DNA of 64,000 nucleotides, from contig OZ245002.1 in NCBI GenBank assembly GCA_965223415.1, positions 5,728,001-5,792,000 of the forward strand, written 5' to 3'. The position numbers and the translations under genes are program-made. This stretch comes from Myxococcota bacterium (GTDB lineage: Bacteria > Myxococcota_A > UBA9160 > UBA6930). The notes beneath the pieces were generated by a model that made no database searches, was not told the origin of the DNA, and was given only the letters and a program-made list of their open reading frames with translations. Positions 19,930 to 29,879 of the stretch are shown here, piece after piece (position 1 is the first letter of the stretch; each line of letters begins with the position of its first letter).

Positions 19930-21042
19930 CTAGGCCGCGTAGGTCTTCTCGAGGCGGGAGACCAGCTTCTCGCGCCACTCGTCCGGGGTGCCGAGGACGT
20001 GGCTCGTGCCCTTCGCCCGGCGGTAGAAGAGGTGGCAGTCGTACTCCCACGTGTAGCCGACGCCGCCGTACATCTGGATCATCTCCTCGCCGGCCAAGCA
20101 GAAGGCGTCGCTGGCCGCGACGCGGGTGCTGGCTGCCGCCGCGGGCAGCTCGTCGTTGCCCTCGGAGAGGGCCCAGGCCGCGTAGTAGCCGTTCGAGATC
20201 GCGATCTGGATCGCGCAGTACACGTCGGCCATGCGGTGCTTGAGCGCCTGGAAGGAGGCGACCGGACGTCCGAAGGCGAAGCGTCCCATGGTCTGCTCCT
20301 TGGTCAGCTCGAGGGCGCGCTCGGCGCCGCCGATCTGCTCGTAGGCCAGCAGCACCGCCGTGCGGTCGAGGACGGCGGCGGCGATCGCGTCGCCCTGCCC
20401 CGCCTCGCCGAGCCGCTCGGCGGCGGCGCCGTCGAAGTCCACGCGGTAGAGGGGACGGGAGGGGTCGAAGCTCTCGAGGGGCGTGCGCGTGACGCCGGCA
20501 CCATCCAGATCGACGAGGGCGAGGGAGTGGCCGCTGCCCTCCTTTGCCACGATGACGGCGGTGCCCGCCGCCGCCGCGTCGGGCACCGGCAGCTTCGAGC
20601 CGCTCAGCTTGGCGCCGTCGAAGGTGGTGGCGCAGCGGCCCGGGGCGAAGTCGCCCAGGCCTTCGGCCTGGGCGAAGGTGCCGATCAGCTCTCCGTTGGC
20701 CAGCCGGGGAAGCAGGCTCTGCTTCTGGTCCTCGCTGCCCGCCTGGAGGATGGCCTCGGTCGCGAGGCCGACGGAAGACGAGAACGGGATCGGCGCCAGG
20801 GCGCGGCCCAGCTCCTGAGCGATCAGCACGAGCTCGAGGTAGCCGAGGCCGGCTCCGCCGTAGCTCTCGGGGACGACGGCGCCGAGCCAGCCCATCTCGG
20901 CCACGCCCTTCCAGAGCTCCGGGTCGTGGGTGCCGCCGGCTTCGAGCACGGCGCGGCACTTCTCGAGCCCGCTGTGCTCCTGGAGGTAGTCGCGCGCAGT
21001 CTGCTGCACGAACTTCTGGTCGTCGGAAAACTCGAGATTCAT
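19930..21042 (-). CDS. Acyl-CoA dehydrogenase (partner subunit of a heteromeric pair)
   Basis: RFAFGRPVASFQALKHRMAD, IQMYGGVGYTWEYD. Confidence 0.9.
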   Translation of the reverse strand: MNLEFSDDQKFVQQTARDYLQEHSGLEKCRAVLEAGGTHDPELWKGVAEMGWLGAVVPESYGGAGLGYLELVLIAQELGRALAPIPFSSSVGLATEAILQAGSEDQKQSLLPRLANGELIGTFAQAEGLGDFAPGRCATTFDGAKLSGSKLPVPDAAAAGTAVIVAKEGSGHSLALVDLDGAGVTRTPLESFDPSRPLYRVDFDGAAAERLGEAGQGDAIAAAVLDRTAVLLAYEQIGGAERALELTKEQTMGRFAFGRPVASFQALKHRMADVYCAIQIAISNGYYAAWALSEGNDELPAAAASTRVAASDAFCLAGEEMIQMYGGVGYTWEYDCHLFYRRAKGTSHVLGTPDEWREKLVSRLEKTYAA

Positions 21043-21100
21043 CGGGCCCTCGGTGCGATCGGTTCGAAGAATTGGCAGTCGGCGGGGCATTATAGGCGGG

Positions 21101-21775
21101 ATGCCGGTGTATCGCCTCGGGCCCGATGTCGTCTTCCCGCCTCCGGAGGAAGCGGAGGAGAGCGGGCTGCTCGCCGTCGGCGGCGACCTCTCCCCGGAAC
21201 GCCTGCTGCTGGCCTACGCGCTGGGGATCTTCCCCTGGTACGACGAGCCGCCGATCCTCTGGTTCTCGCCGGATCCGCGCATGGTGCTGATTCCGGCGGA
21301 GCTGCACGTCCCTCGCCGGCTGGAGCGGACCCTGCGCAGCGGCCGCTTCGAGACGAGCTTCGACCTCGCGTTCTCCCGTGTGATCCGCGCCTGCGCCGAG
21401 GCCCCGAGAAAGGGGCAGGAAGGGACATGGATCAACGCGGACATGATCGCCGCCTACGAGCGCCTCCACGAAGAGGGCCTCGCCCACTCCTGTGAGGCAT
21501 GGCAGGAGGGCGCGCTGGTGGGCGGCGTCTACGGCGTGTCGCTGGGCAGCGCCTTCTTCGGCGAGTCCATGTTCCATCACCGCAGCGACGCCTCGAAGGT
21601 CGCCCTCGTCACCCTGGTGCGCCGCCTCGCCGCCTGGGACTTCACGCTCCTCGACTGCCAGATGCACACCGAGCACCTCGCCCACTTCGGCGCCGTGGAG
21701 TGGCCCCGCCCCCGCTTCCAGGCGGCCCTGCGAGACGCCCTCGAGTCCCCCACCCGCCGCGGCCGCTGGACCTGA
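21101..21775 (+). CDS. aat: Leucyl/phenylalanyl-tRNA--protein transferase
   Basis: GLLAVGGDLSPERLLLAY..GIFPW, WFSPDPR, FFGESMF, DASKVAL. Confidence 0.96.
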   Translation: MPVYRLGPDVVFPPPEEAEESGLLAVGGDLSPERLLLAYALGIFPWYDEPPILWFSPDPRMVLIPAELHVPRRLERTLRSGRFETSFDLAFSRVIRACAEAPRKGQEGTWINADMIAAYERLHEEGLAHSCEAWQEGALVGGVYGVSLGSAFFGESMFHHRSDASKVALVTLVRRLAAWDFTLLDCQMHTEHLAHFGAVEWPRPRFQAALRDALESPTRRGRWT

Positions 21776-21854
21776 AGAACGCAAGAGTGGGGACGTTCCT
21801 TGCAACTTGCGCAATTGCGCAAGTTGCAAGGAACGTCCCCACTCTTGCGTTCTT
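21775..21854. repeat. Perfect 80-bp palindrome (no loop)
   Basis: AAGAACGCAAGAGTGGGGACGTTCCTTGCAACTTGCGCAA|TTGCGCAAGTTGCAAGGAACGTCCCCACTCTTGCGTTCTT; overlaps both convergent stop codons. Confidence 0.98.
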
Positions 21855-23157
21855 AGCGGTCGGGGGAGGCCTTGCGGAGCTCGGCGCGGAAATCGGGATG
21901 GGCGATGGCGATCAGGGCTTCGGCGCGCTCGGCGACCGTGAGGCCGGCGAGCTCGGCGGCGCCGTGCTCGGTGACGACGACGTCGACCTGATGGCGCGGC
22001 GTGGTCACGGTCGTGCCGGGGGCGAAGGCGGCGGCGATGCGGGAGACGCTGCGGCCGCCGGGCCTCGACGTAGACGGGAGACAGATGAAGGAGCGGTCGC
22101 GGCTCTCCAGGCCGGTGCCGCTCACGAAGTCCTCGTGGCCGCCCACACCCGAGTACTGGTTGGTGCCGAGGGTGTCGGCGGCCACCTGCCCCGCCAGGTC
22201 GACCGCCAACGCGCCGTTCAGGCTGATCATGTCCGGGTTCACGGCGATGTGCTCGGCGCCGTTCACCTGCTCGACCGGGAGGAAGCGCACCTCCTCGTTG
22301 CCGTCGAGCCACCGGTAGAGCTCGGCGGTCCCGCCGGCGAAGGTGCAGATCGAATGGCCAGCGTGCACGCCCTTGCGGGCGTTGCTCACCTTGCCGCTCC
22401 GGTGCAGGGCCATCAGACCGTCGGTGAACATCTCCGAGTGCACGCCGAAATCGCCCGGCCGACCCTCGGCGAGGGCGGCCACCACCTGGCTCGGGATCGC
22501 GCCGATGCCCGTCTGGAGCGTGGCGCCCTCGTGCACGAAGGGCAGGACGTGGGAGGCAATCGCCGCTTCGACCTCGCCTCCGGGCGTCATGGGGAGGACC
22601 GGTAGCGGTGTGGCCGCCTCGACGATCCAGTCCGCCTCGTCCACGTGCACCGCATGGGGCGAAGCCGGCGGGATCCCGAGGGTCCGCGGCAGCTCCGGGT
22701 TGACCTCCACCACGAGCAGTCGGTCCGGATCCTGGCCTGCGGCCCGCAGCTCGTGGGTCGTGGCGCCGGCGTGAAGCGAGAGGCTCATCCAGCCGCCATC
22801 GTCCGGTGGCGTGGCCACCGTCGCCATCACCCGCGGCCGCAGGGTCTCGAGGATGCGTGTGAAGCGCCGGAAGTCCGCCGGGACGAACTGCACGTCGTGG
22901 CCGGCGCCCCGGAGCCCGCGCTCCACGGGCCCGAAGAAGCCGCTGCGCAGGCTCACGCCGGGGCGGGTGAACACGGTGTACATCCCGAGCAGGAGGCCCG
23001 TGAAGACCACCAGCTCCTCGAAGTCCTCCCGCTCGCCGAGGGCGGTGAGCAGCGCCTTCGGCTGGCCGGGCCCGAGCGGCAGCCCGAGGGTGTCCCGGCG
23101 CTCGAGGAGCGCGGCCGCCTCCGCCGGGGTGCGACGCTTCGCCGAGGGAACCTCCAC
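21853..23157 (-). CDS. Acetyl-CoA hydrolase/4-hydroxybutyrate CoA-transferase family protein
   Basis: ATLQTGIGAIP, GVHSEMF, SGVGGHEDF, VVTEHG..L, IAHPDFR. Confidence 0.92.
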   Translation of the reverse strand: MEVPSAKRRTPAEAAALLERRDTLGLPLGPGQPKALLTALGEREDFEELVVFTGLLLGMYTVFTRPGVSLRSGFFGPVERGLRGAGHDVQFVPADFRRFTRILETLRPRVMATVATPPDDGGWMSLSLHAGATTHELRAAGQDPDRLLVVEVNPELPRTLGIPPASPHAVHVDEADWIVEAATPLPVLPMTPGGEVEAAIASHVLPFVHEGATLQTGIGAIPSQVVAALAEGRPGDFGVHSEMFTDGLMALHRSGKVSNARKGVHAGHSICTFAGGTAELYRWLDGNEEVRFLPVEQVNGAEHIAVNPDMISLNGALAVDLAGQVAADTLGTNQYSGVGGHEDFVSGTGLESRDRSFICLPSTSRPGGRSVSRIAAAFAPGTTVTTPRHQVDVVVTEHGAAELAGLTVAERAEALIAIAHPDFRAELRKASPDR

Positions 23158-23158
23158 C

Positions 23159-23944
23159 TCAGCCGACCCGGCGATCGTGCCCGGCCCAGTAGGGCTCGCG
23201 CAGGTCCTTCTTGAGCACCTTGCCGCTCGGGTTGCGCGGGAGCTCGCCGATGAAGTCGATGGAGCGCGGGCGCTTGTAGCCGCCGAGCCGGCCCTTGCAG
23301 AACTCGAGGATGTCGCCCTCGGTCGCCGTCTCGCCGTCCTTGATCACGACCACGGCCTTCACCGCCTCGCCCCACTTCTCGTCCGGAACGCCGACCACCG
23401 CCGCCTCCGCCACGGCCGGGTGCTCGTAGAGGGCGTCCTCCACCTCGCGTGGGTACATCTGGTAGAGGTCGGCGGTGGGCGGAACGTGGCGCTCCGGCGG
23501 CGCATCGGATTCGGCAGCCGCGGCGGCGGCCAGCTCCTCGTAGCCCGGCGCCGCGCCGTTGACAGACAGGAACCGCTTCACCGTCGCCAGCTCGCCCCGC
23601 ACGGGCTCCAGGGCCGCGGCCAGCTCCGGCTGGGCGACGAGCAGCTTGGCCTGGGCGTCATTCACGATGTACGACCACTCCGGCGGTGCGAGCCGGTAGT
23701 TCAGCGGCACCGGCGCCACACCCGCCTTCGAGCAGGCGTAGTAGAAGATCGCCATCTCGATGGAGTTCTTGGAGAGGATTGCGGCCCGGTCGCCGACCTC
23801 GAGGCCTTCCGCCACGAGCACCCGCGCGACGCGATTCACCTCGCGGACCGCCTCCGCATAGCTGATGCTCCGGTCGCTCGTCTCGGCGAAGGCCATGTCC
23901 GGCGCCTGGCGCGCGCGGTAGTCGAGGCTGTCGTGGAGCCGCAT
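23159..23944 (-). pseudogene. Acyl-CoA ligase (AMP-binding) with large in-frame internal deletion
   Basis: The N-part ends at ..LYQMY, just before the expected TSGTTG.PKG loop, and runs straight into PREVE..HPAV..AVVGVPD.KWGE..LPRNPSGKVLK. 261 aa versus about 520 aa typical. Confidence 0.85.
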
Positions 23945-23977
23945 GGATCCCTCCTGCTGCGTGGAGGGATCAGTATA

Positions 23978-24013
23978 CGTTGCGTTTGGGGGCCGTTCCG
24001 TTCGTTGCGTTGT
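23978..24013. repeat. Solo arm related to the 2860-2944 element
   Basis: CGTTGCGTT-TGGGGGCCGTTCCGTT-CGTTGCGTTGT aligns with CGTTAAGTT-GGGGGCCGGTTTCGTT-TGTTAAGTTGT. Confidence 0.7.
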
Positions 24014-25290
24014 CAATGGTCCTCGGCGGGGCGGCCGAGGCTGAGGCGGGCGAGGGCGCGGATGCCGTCGTCCGGGTGGCTCGCGGCGGCCTCGGCGACC
24101 ACGGCTCGTGCTTCCCGAGAGCCGACCAGGCGGAGCGCCACGAGGGCGGTCTCCGAGGCGGGGCGGGCCCAGCCAAAGAGCACGTCCCGGAGGCGCTGAA
24201 GGTCGAGGGCTGGGGAGCGCGCGACGGCGTGGGCTGCGCTGGCGCGGACCGAGGCCTCGGGATCCTCGAAGGCCCGGAGCGCGAGCTCGAAGCCGCGCTC
24301 GCCCAGCGCGGCGGCCCGCACCGCCGCCGCCGACCGCACTTGCGATGCGTCGTCGCCGGCCACCAGGGCCGCCAACGTACCGAGCTGAGCCGGGCCGGCG
24401 TGTCCGGCTGCCGATGCCCGAAGTGCCGGATCTCCGGCGGCCAGGAGCCGCTCGGTGCGCTCCTCCGGCAGCTCGCCCTCCACATGGGCGAGGGCCCAGA
24501 GGAGCTCCGGCGCGGGCTGCTCCACCGCCGCGATGCGAGCGGAGAGCACGTCTCGCACGCGAGTGGGCTGGGCCCGGGCCAGCCAGCCGAGGAGCGCCTC
24601 GCCCAGCGCGCCCTCGGCGTCCCGGCGCAGCAGGGCGTCGGCGAGCAGGCCCGCCACCGGCTCGGTCGTGCTCGCCTCCGGGTCCTGGATGCTGCCGAGC
24701 CAGCGGGCGGCCGAGACCGCGAGGGGCAGCTCGGCGCCGGCACACAGCGCCGCTAGGTGGCGAAGGCCGTCGGGGCCGCGCCGGGCTTCGGCCGGAAGGG
24801 CCCAGTAGTGGTGGAGCAGGTTCACGGCGCCGGGCGAAGGCGAGCGCACGAAGGCCTTGTCGCCACCGGCCACGCGGCGGGCCCGAGCCCGGCTGGCCGG
24901 CTCGGGGAAGCGCTTCCTCCACAGCGTTCCGGACGGGACTGGCGAGAGCACCAGAAGCACCGACTCGCCCTCCCGGAAGCGGTCCTCCCGGGAGGGGGAG
25001 AGCTCCTCCCACGTGAGCTGCAGGTTCTCGGGCAGGCCGGCGCGGCCGGACAGCACGCGGGTCACGTCCAGGGCCGCGACCCGCCCGCTGCGATCGAGGG
25101 CCTTCGGCTTCCCGACGACGCCGACCACGACGCTCCGCGCCTCGGCCGCATCGTGGAAGATGCGCGTGCCGTCCGCCGCTCGGAGCGCCGCTGCAGACAG
25201 CGGCGCTCCGAGCAGGAGAGCGAGGATCGCGATGGCGAGGGGTCTAGGGGTTCGGCGGCTGGAAGCCCGCAACGCCGTCCACGTCCGCAT
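24013..25290 (-). CDS. Exported HEAT-repeat-like protein (start uncertain)
   Basis: Signal-peptide-like segment; repeated D.D..VR..AA.A helices. Confidence 0.7.
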   Translation of the reverse strand: MRTWTALRASSRRTPRPLAIAILALLLGAPLSAAALRAADGTRIFHDAAEARSVVVGVVGKPKALDRSGRVAALDVTRVLSGRAGLPENLQLTWEELSPSREDRFREGESVLLVLSPVPSGTLWRKRFPEPASRARARRVAGGDKAFVRSPSPGAVNLLHHYWALPAEARRGPDGLRHLAALCAGAELPLAVSAARWLGSIQDPEASTTEPVAGLLADALLRRDAEGALGEALLGWLARAQPTRVRDVLSARIAAVEQPAPELLWALAHVEGELPEERTERLLAAGDPALRASAAGHAGPAQLGTLAALVAGDDASQVRSAAAVRAAALGERGFELALRAFEDPEASVRASAAHAVARSPALDLQRLRDVLFGWARPASETALVALRLVGSREARAVVAEAAASHPDDGIRALARLSLGRPAEDH

Positions 25291-28200
25291 AGAGGGCGTT
25301 GGTCACGCCCAGGGGCATCACGCCCGATTCGCCCACGTTCCCGTCGAGCAGGTCGGCGAGGGTCGTGTTCGAGGCGGAGTCCAGGTTGCTCGCGAACACC
25401 GGGAACATGGGCGCGCAGCTGCCGTCGGTTCCCTTGGCGACGACGACGAACCAGGTGTCCTGGGTGAGGCCTGTGAAGTTCACCGTGATCGTCGCATCGA
25501 GCCGCGAGGCGCCGGGAACGCCGGCCTGCACCACGACCTGCGTGAAGTCGAAGTCGCCGTCGCCGGTCGTGTTCGGATCGCAGTCGCCTTCCGAGAGCAC
25601 CTGGGCCGTGGCCGGATCCGCCGTGTAGAGGTAGGGCTCCGCCGGGTTCACCGGCAGCGTGCCGCCGTTGGCGTAGATCTCGATCCGGTCGAAGGCGGCC
25701 CAGAGCGGGGCCTGCACCCGGATCTCCAGGTCAACCGCGTTGTTCGTCACGGTCAGATCGGTGCTCCCGCCGAGGGTCAGGTCGGCGATGCCCGCGGAGC
25801 CGTCGGTGGCCAGGAGGCGGGCCTGCATGTAGATGCCCTGCCCGCCCACGGCGCGCCCTGCGTCCACGGACTGGGCCACCTCGCCGGGCAGGATCGACGC
25901 CGGCGCGTCGGTGGACGCCGCGGTCCAGGTGCGCGCACCCGCCGTGCGCAGGTTCGTGTAGGTGTGCGTGTCCGTGTCCGAGATCGCCGTCGTGCGCAGC
26001 CCCTTGTTCAGCTGGTTGAACCAGATCCCGATGCGGTCGTCCAGGAACTCGCTCTGGTGCCCTCGGGTCATGCCGTTCCAGAGCTCGAGGGCCGGGAAGT
26101 GGAAGAACAGGTTCCCGGTCGGGGGCAGGCGCAGGTCGTCGCGCTCGGCCGCCGTGGTGAGACCGTCCTGGATCGCCCCCGCCACCGACGTGTCGATCTT
26201 GAGCGGCGCGTAGTGGGAATCGATGTGGTTCACCTGGAGGGTCGTGTCGGGCAGGCTCTGGGCGCCCGTGGTCCCGAGGGTGAAGATCGCGGCCGGCGTC
26301 GCATTCAGGGCGCCGTGGGACGGGAAGTCCATGCCGGGAGGCGCCGCCTGGCCCCAGTCGGTCGAGCCGCCAGACGGCTTCGTGGCGTCGACCGAGAACG
26401 GGTACCCGTTGAAGTGCCCGTAGTCGAAAGTGGTGATCTCCTCTCCGACGGTCGAGGTGACCCAGCTCCCCAGCCCGGCGGCGGTGATCGCGGGGACCAG
26501 GTCCGTGTGGACGTGGTGATCCGTCATGATCACGTTCTCGACACCCTCGCCGGCGAACTGCAGCACGCGCCGCAGGTCGGGCACGCGGGAGTCGGCGCTG
26601 CGGATCCCGTGCACGTGGAAGTCCGACGAGACGAAGCCCGCCGTGTCCAGCACCGGCGCGATCTGGGCGGCCACCGCCGTCGGCGCACCGGCCGCGACCG
26701 TCACCGGGGCCTGGAAGAGCGAGTACTCCGTCCCCCGACTGACGAACACCTGGTAGCTGCCCGGCTCGACGTCGAAGGTGACGGTGCCGTCCTTGTCGGT
26801 GTAGTCGAAGGCGACCACGCCGAAGGGGAGGTCGTCGTCGACGTCGTGGAGCAGGCCCAGGTCGCCGGGGGGGAAGCCCAGGAAGTTGCCCGGGTGGATG
26901 ATCTCCGGGCTCGGGTCGAAGCCCACCACCGTCACCCGCGCCGGGAGCTTCGCCGAAGCGTGGTCGGTCACGGTGACCTGGAGCTGCCCGGTCGCCGGAA
27001 GTGCGAAGTCGACGCCCGAGGTAGTGGCGCCAGCCGTCACGCTGACCGCCTGGGTCGGCGGCGCCGCCGCGTTCGTCTCGTAGGGCGCTCCGAGGCGCCC
27101 GGCCACGGCGTCGTGGGTGCCGGCGGGCACCGACGCGCTGTAGTTCGGGCACGGGCCGGCCACGGTCTCGATCGACTGGTCGACCTGGGTGAAGGCGCCG
27201 CCCGCGTCGGTCTGACCGAAGGTCACGCGGGAGCCTTGGCGGGGCGTGCCACCGACGGTGACGCAGCCCTCGACGGTTCCGACGGCGACCCCCTGGAGGT
27301 CTGCCTCCAGCTGGAGGGCCGCCGCGCCGGTGCCGTCGCCGACGGTGAAGACCCGGGTGTAGGAAAGCGAGCCGCCCTGGGGCACGACGAACAGGGGCGG
27401 GATGCCGACCAGCGAGGGCACCGCCGCGGCGTTGTGCAGCACCACGAAGACGCCGCTCTGCACGAAGTAGTTGCCGGTCACCTGGCTGAAGGCGGGATCC
27501 GGGACCCCCATCCAGCCGTACTCGACGCCGTCCGCCTGGTCGACGCCCAGGAAGGAGAGTGACGTGAAGTTGGCGTTGCTCCCGTCGCCCCAGCCGGGCT
27601 CGTCGGTGGCGCGGGTGTCGAGCTGACCGCCCGGGTTCAGCCAATCGCCCACGAGCAGCGGAAGATCCTCGGGGATCGGCGGCACGCTGCCGGGGAAGCC
27701 TCCCGGCGGGTTGTTGTTCATCACCTCCGTCGTCATCTCGAGGTGGGCCGAGCCGGGCTCGAGGCGGTACTCGGTGCAGCCGTCGATCTCGAGATCCAGG
27801 TCGTCGGTCAGGGGCGGCGGCGTGAAGCCGAACTCGCGGATCGAGGTGGACGGGTTCACGAAGTCCAGCAGGTCGTCGGGTCCACAGGTGCGCAGCACCG
27901 CGGCGAGCCCGTCCTGCCCATCGTTCACCTCGTCGAAGGTCTGGGCGTTGATCACGGTCTCGAGGTTCAGCATCGGCTGGGTCTCGAGGAAGTGGTCGTT
28001 TCCCGGGTTGGCCTTGAGCTCCGCGTCGATCAGGTTCCCGCCGAAGGCGCCCACGCTGTACATGTCGCGCTGGCCGACGTCCTGAATGATGTAGCGGGCG
28101 TGGTCGTTCTCGAGCAGCCAGTCGCCGAGCTGACCGTGAGCGAGGGGACCGCTGATCAGGTCGGCCGGGTCGGTGATGCGACGTAGCCGCGCCTTGGGCG

Positions 28201-28543
28201 GCGCGTACTGGAAGCCGCGGCCGCGGGTCTTCGTGTTGCCGGCGGCGTCCGTCACGCTGGCCTGCACCAGGTTGTCGTCCAGCAGCGGCGCACCGGGGTT
28301 GATGGTCGCCGTGAAGACGGTCGGGCCGCCGGAGACCACCACCGGGGTGCCGTTGATGGTGACGTCCTGGGCCGGGTCGAAGAGGGTCCCGGCCGGGATC
28401 GTCACCTGGAGGACGAAGCTCGGCGTGGTGATGACCGACCCGGAGCCCGGGAACTCGATCTTCGGCAGCGCGGGGCCGCAGGTCATGGCCAGGGCGAGCG
28501 GCGCGAGGACGAGGACGAGCCAGCGCGGGTGCTTGCGATGCAT
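25244..28543 (-). CDS. Large secreted PHP-domain (CehA/McbA-like) metallohydrolase
   Basis: Signal/lipobox LAMTC; DFHVHG..SADS, TDHH, GEE.T..GHFN, NH, ELWNG, DTDTH motifs; Ig/carboxypeptidase-regulatory-like repeats. Confidence 0.8.
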   Translation of the reverse strand: MHRKHPRWLVLVLAPLALAMTCGPALPKIEFPGSGSVITTPSFVLQVTIPAGTLFDPAQDVTINGTPVVVSGGPTVFTATINPGAPLLDDNLVQASVTDAAGNTKTRGRGFQYAPPKARLRRITDPADLISGPLAHGQLGDWLLENDHARYIIQDVGQRDMYSVGAFGGNLIDAELKANPGNDHFLETQPMLNLETVINAQTFDEVNDGQDGLAAVLRTCGPDDLLDFVNPSTSIREFGFTPPPLTDDLDLEIDGCTEYRLEPGSAHLEMTTEVMNNNPPGGFPGSVPPIPEDLPLLVGDWLNPGGQLDTRATDEPGWGDGSNANFTSLSFLGVDQADGVEYGWMGVPDPAFSQVTGNYFVQSGVFVVLHNAAAVPSLVGIPPLFVVPQGGSLSYTRVFTVGDGTGAAALQLEADLQGVAVGTVEGCVTVGGTPRQGSRVTFGQTDAGGAFTQVDQSIETVAGPCPNYSASVPAGTHDAVAGRLGAPYETNAAAPPTQAVSVTAGATTSGVDFALPATGQLQVTVTDHASAKLPARVTVVGFDPSPEIIHPGNFLGFPPGDLGLLHDVDDDLPFGVVAFDYTDKDGTVTFDVEPGSYQVFVSRGTEYSLFQAPVTVAAGAPTAVAAQIAPVLDTAGFVSSDFHVHGIRSADSRVPDLRRVLQFAGEGVENVIMTDHHVHTDLVPAITAAGLGSWVTSTVGEEITTFDYGHFNGYPFSVDATKPSGGSTDWGQAAPPGMDFPSHGALNATPAAIFTLGTTGAQSLPDTTLQVNHIDSHYAPLKIDTSVAGAIQDGLTTAAERDDLRLPPTGNLFFHFPALELWNGMTRGHQSEFLDDRIGIWFNQLNKGLRTTAISDTDTHTYTNLRTAGARTWTAASTDAPASILPGEVAQSVDAGRAVGGQGIYMQARLLATDGSAGIADLTLGGSTDLTVTNNAVDLEIRVQAPLWAAFDRIEIYANGGTLPVNPAEPYLYTADPATAQVLSEGDCDPNTTGDGDFDFTQVVVQAGVPGASRLDATITVNFTGLTQDTWFVVVAKGTDGSCAPMFPVFASNLDSASNTTLADLLDGNVGESGVMPLGVTNALYADVDGVAGFQPPNP

Positions 28544-28678
28544 GGGAGGACCCCTTCGAGCAGAGAGGTGTGCGGAGATCACCTCACTCTACGCGAAGGG
28601 CCGGCAAAACGGAACGCGCCGGAGTGCGAAAGCCCTGGGATCGGGTGACTCGAAGTCACCTCCGGGCGGGGGGCCTTC

Positions 28679-29785
28679 TCAGAACGTCACGACGGTCCGG
28701 ATCGACTCCCCCCCGTGCATCATCTCGAACGCGTCGTTGATCTTCTCGAGGGGCAGGACGTGGGTGATCAGGTCGTCGATGTTGATCTTCCCCTCCATGT
28801 ACCAATCGACGATCTTCGGCACGTCCCGGCGGCTCTTGGCGCCGCCGAAGGCGCAGCCCTTCCAGACGCGCCCGGTCACCAGCTGGAAGGGGCGGGTCGC
28901 GATCTCCTCGCCGGCGCCCGCGACGCCGATGATGATCGACTCGCCCCAGCCCCGGTGACAGCACTCGAGGGCCTGGCGCATCACGTCCACGCTGCCGATG
29001 CACTCGAAGCTGTAGTCGGCGCCGCCATCGGTGAGCTCGACCAGATGGGGGACGAGATCGTCCACCTCCTTCGGGTTCACGAAGTGGGTCATGCCGAAGC
29101 GCTCGGCGAGCTCGCGCTTGGCGGGGTTCGTGTCGACGCCGACGATGCGGTCGGCGCCGACCATGCGCAGGCCCTGGATCACGTTGAGGCCGATGCCGCC
29201 GAGGCCGAACACGACGCAGTTGGCGCCGGCCTCGACCCCGGCCGTGTTCACGACGGCGCCCACGCCGGTCGTGACGCCGCAGCCGATGTAGCAGACCTTG
29301 TCGAAGGGGGCGTCGCTGCGGATCTTCGCCAGCGCGATCTCCGGCAGCACCGTGCGACTCGCGAAGGTCGAGGTGCCCATGTAGTGGTAGAGGGCCTCGC
29401 CGCCGGCCGAGAAGCGGCTGGTGCCGTCGGGCATCACGCCCTGGCCCTGAGTCGCGCGGATCGCGGTGCAGAGATTGCTCTTGCCGGACAGGCAGGTCTT
29501 GCACTGCCGACACTCCGGCGTGTAGAGCGGAATGACGTGGTCGCCAGGGGCGACGCTGGTGACGCCGGCGCCCACCTCGACGACGACGCCGGCGCCCTCG
29601 TGGCCCAGGATGCTCGGGAAGATGCCTTCCGGATCCCGACCGGACAGGGTGTAGGCGTCCGTGTGGCAGACGCCGCTCGCCTTGATCTCGACGAGCACCT
29701 CGCCGGCCTTCGGCCCGTCGAGGTCCACCTCTTCGATCGTGAGCGGCTTGCCGGCCTCGCGGGCCACGGCGGCGCGCACCTTCAT
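28679..29785 (-). CDS. frmA: S-(hydroxymethyl)glutathione dehydrogenase / class III alcohol dehydrogenase
   Basis: [55 protein letters not shown]. Confidence 0.95.
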   Translation of the reverse strand: MKVRAAVAREAGKPLTIEEVDLDGPKAGEVLVEIKASGVCHTDAYTLSGRDPEGIFPSILGHEGAGVVVEVGAGVTSVAPGDHVIPLYTPECRQCKTCLSGKSNLCTAIRATQGQGVMPDGTSRFSAGGEALYHYMGTSTFASRTVLPEIALAKIRSDAPFDKVCYIGCGVTTGVGAVVNTAGVEAGANCVVFGLGGIGLNVIQGLRMVGADRIVGVDTNPAKRELAERFGMTHFVNPKEVDDLVPHLVELTDGGADYSFECIGSVDVMRQALECCHRGWGESIIIGVAGAGEEIATRPFQLVTGRVWKGCAFGGAKSRRDVPKIVDWYMEGKINIDDLITHVLPLEKINDAFEMMHGGESIRTVVTF

Positions 29786-29879
29786 CGTCTCCCCTCCTGA
29801 TTGCCTGCATGGTTGGCTGCGGCCCAGCGCCAAGGTACCGCGCCTGCGGTTCGCCCGGGCCCATGCTAACGACGCCGCG

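Noticed and set aside
18650..22312. 1220-aa acyl-CoA dehydrogenase fusion in the ORF track
   Set aside because: The real gene starts at ATG 19894; the upstream part is off-frame over other genes.
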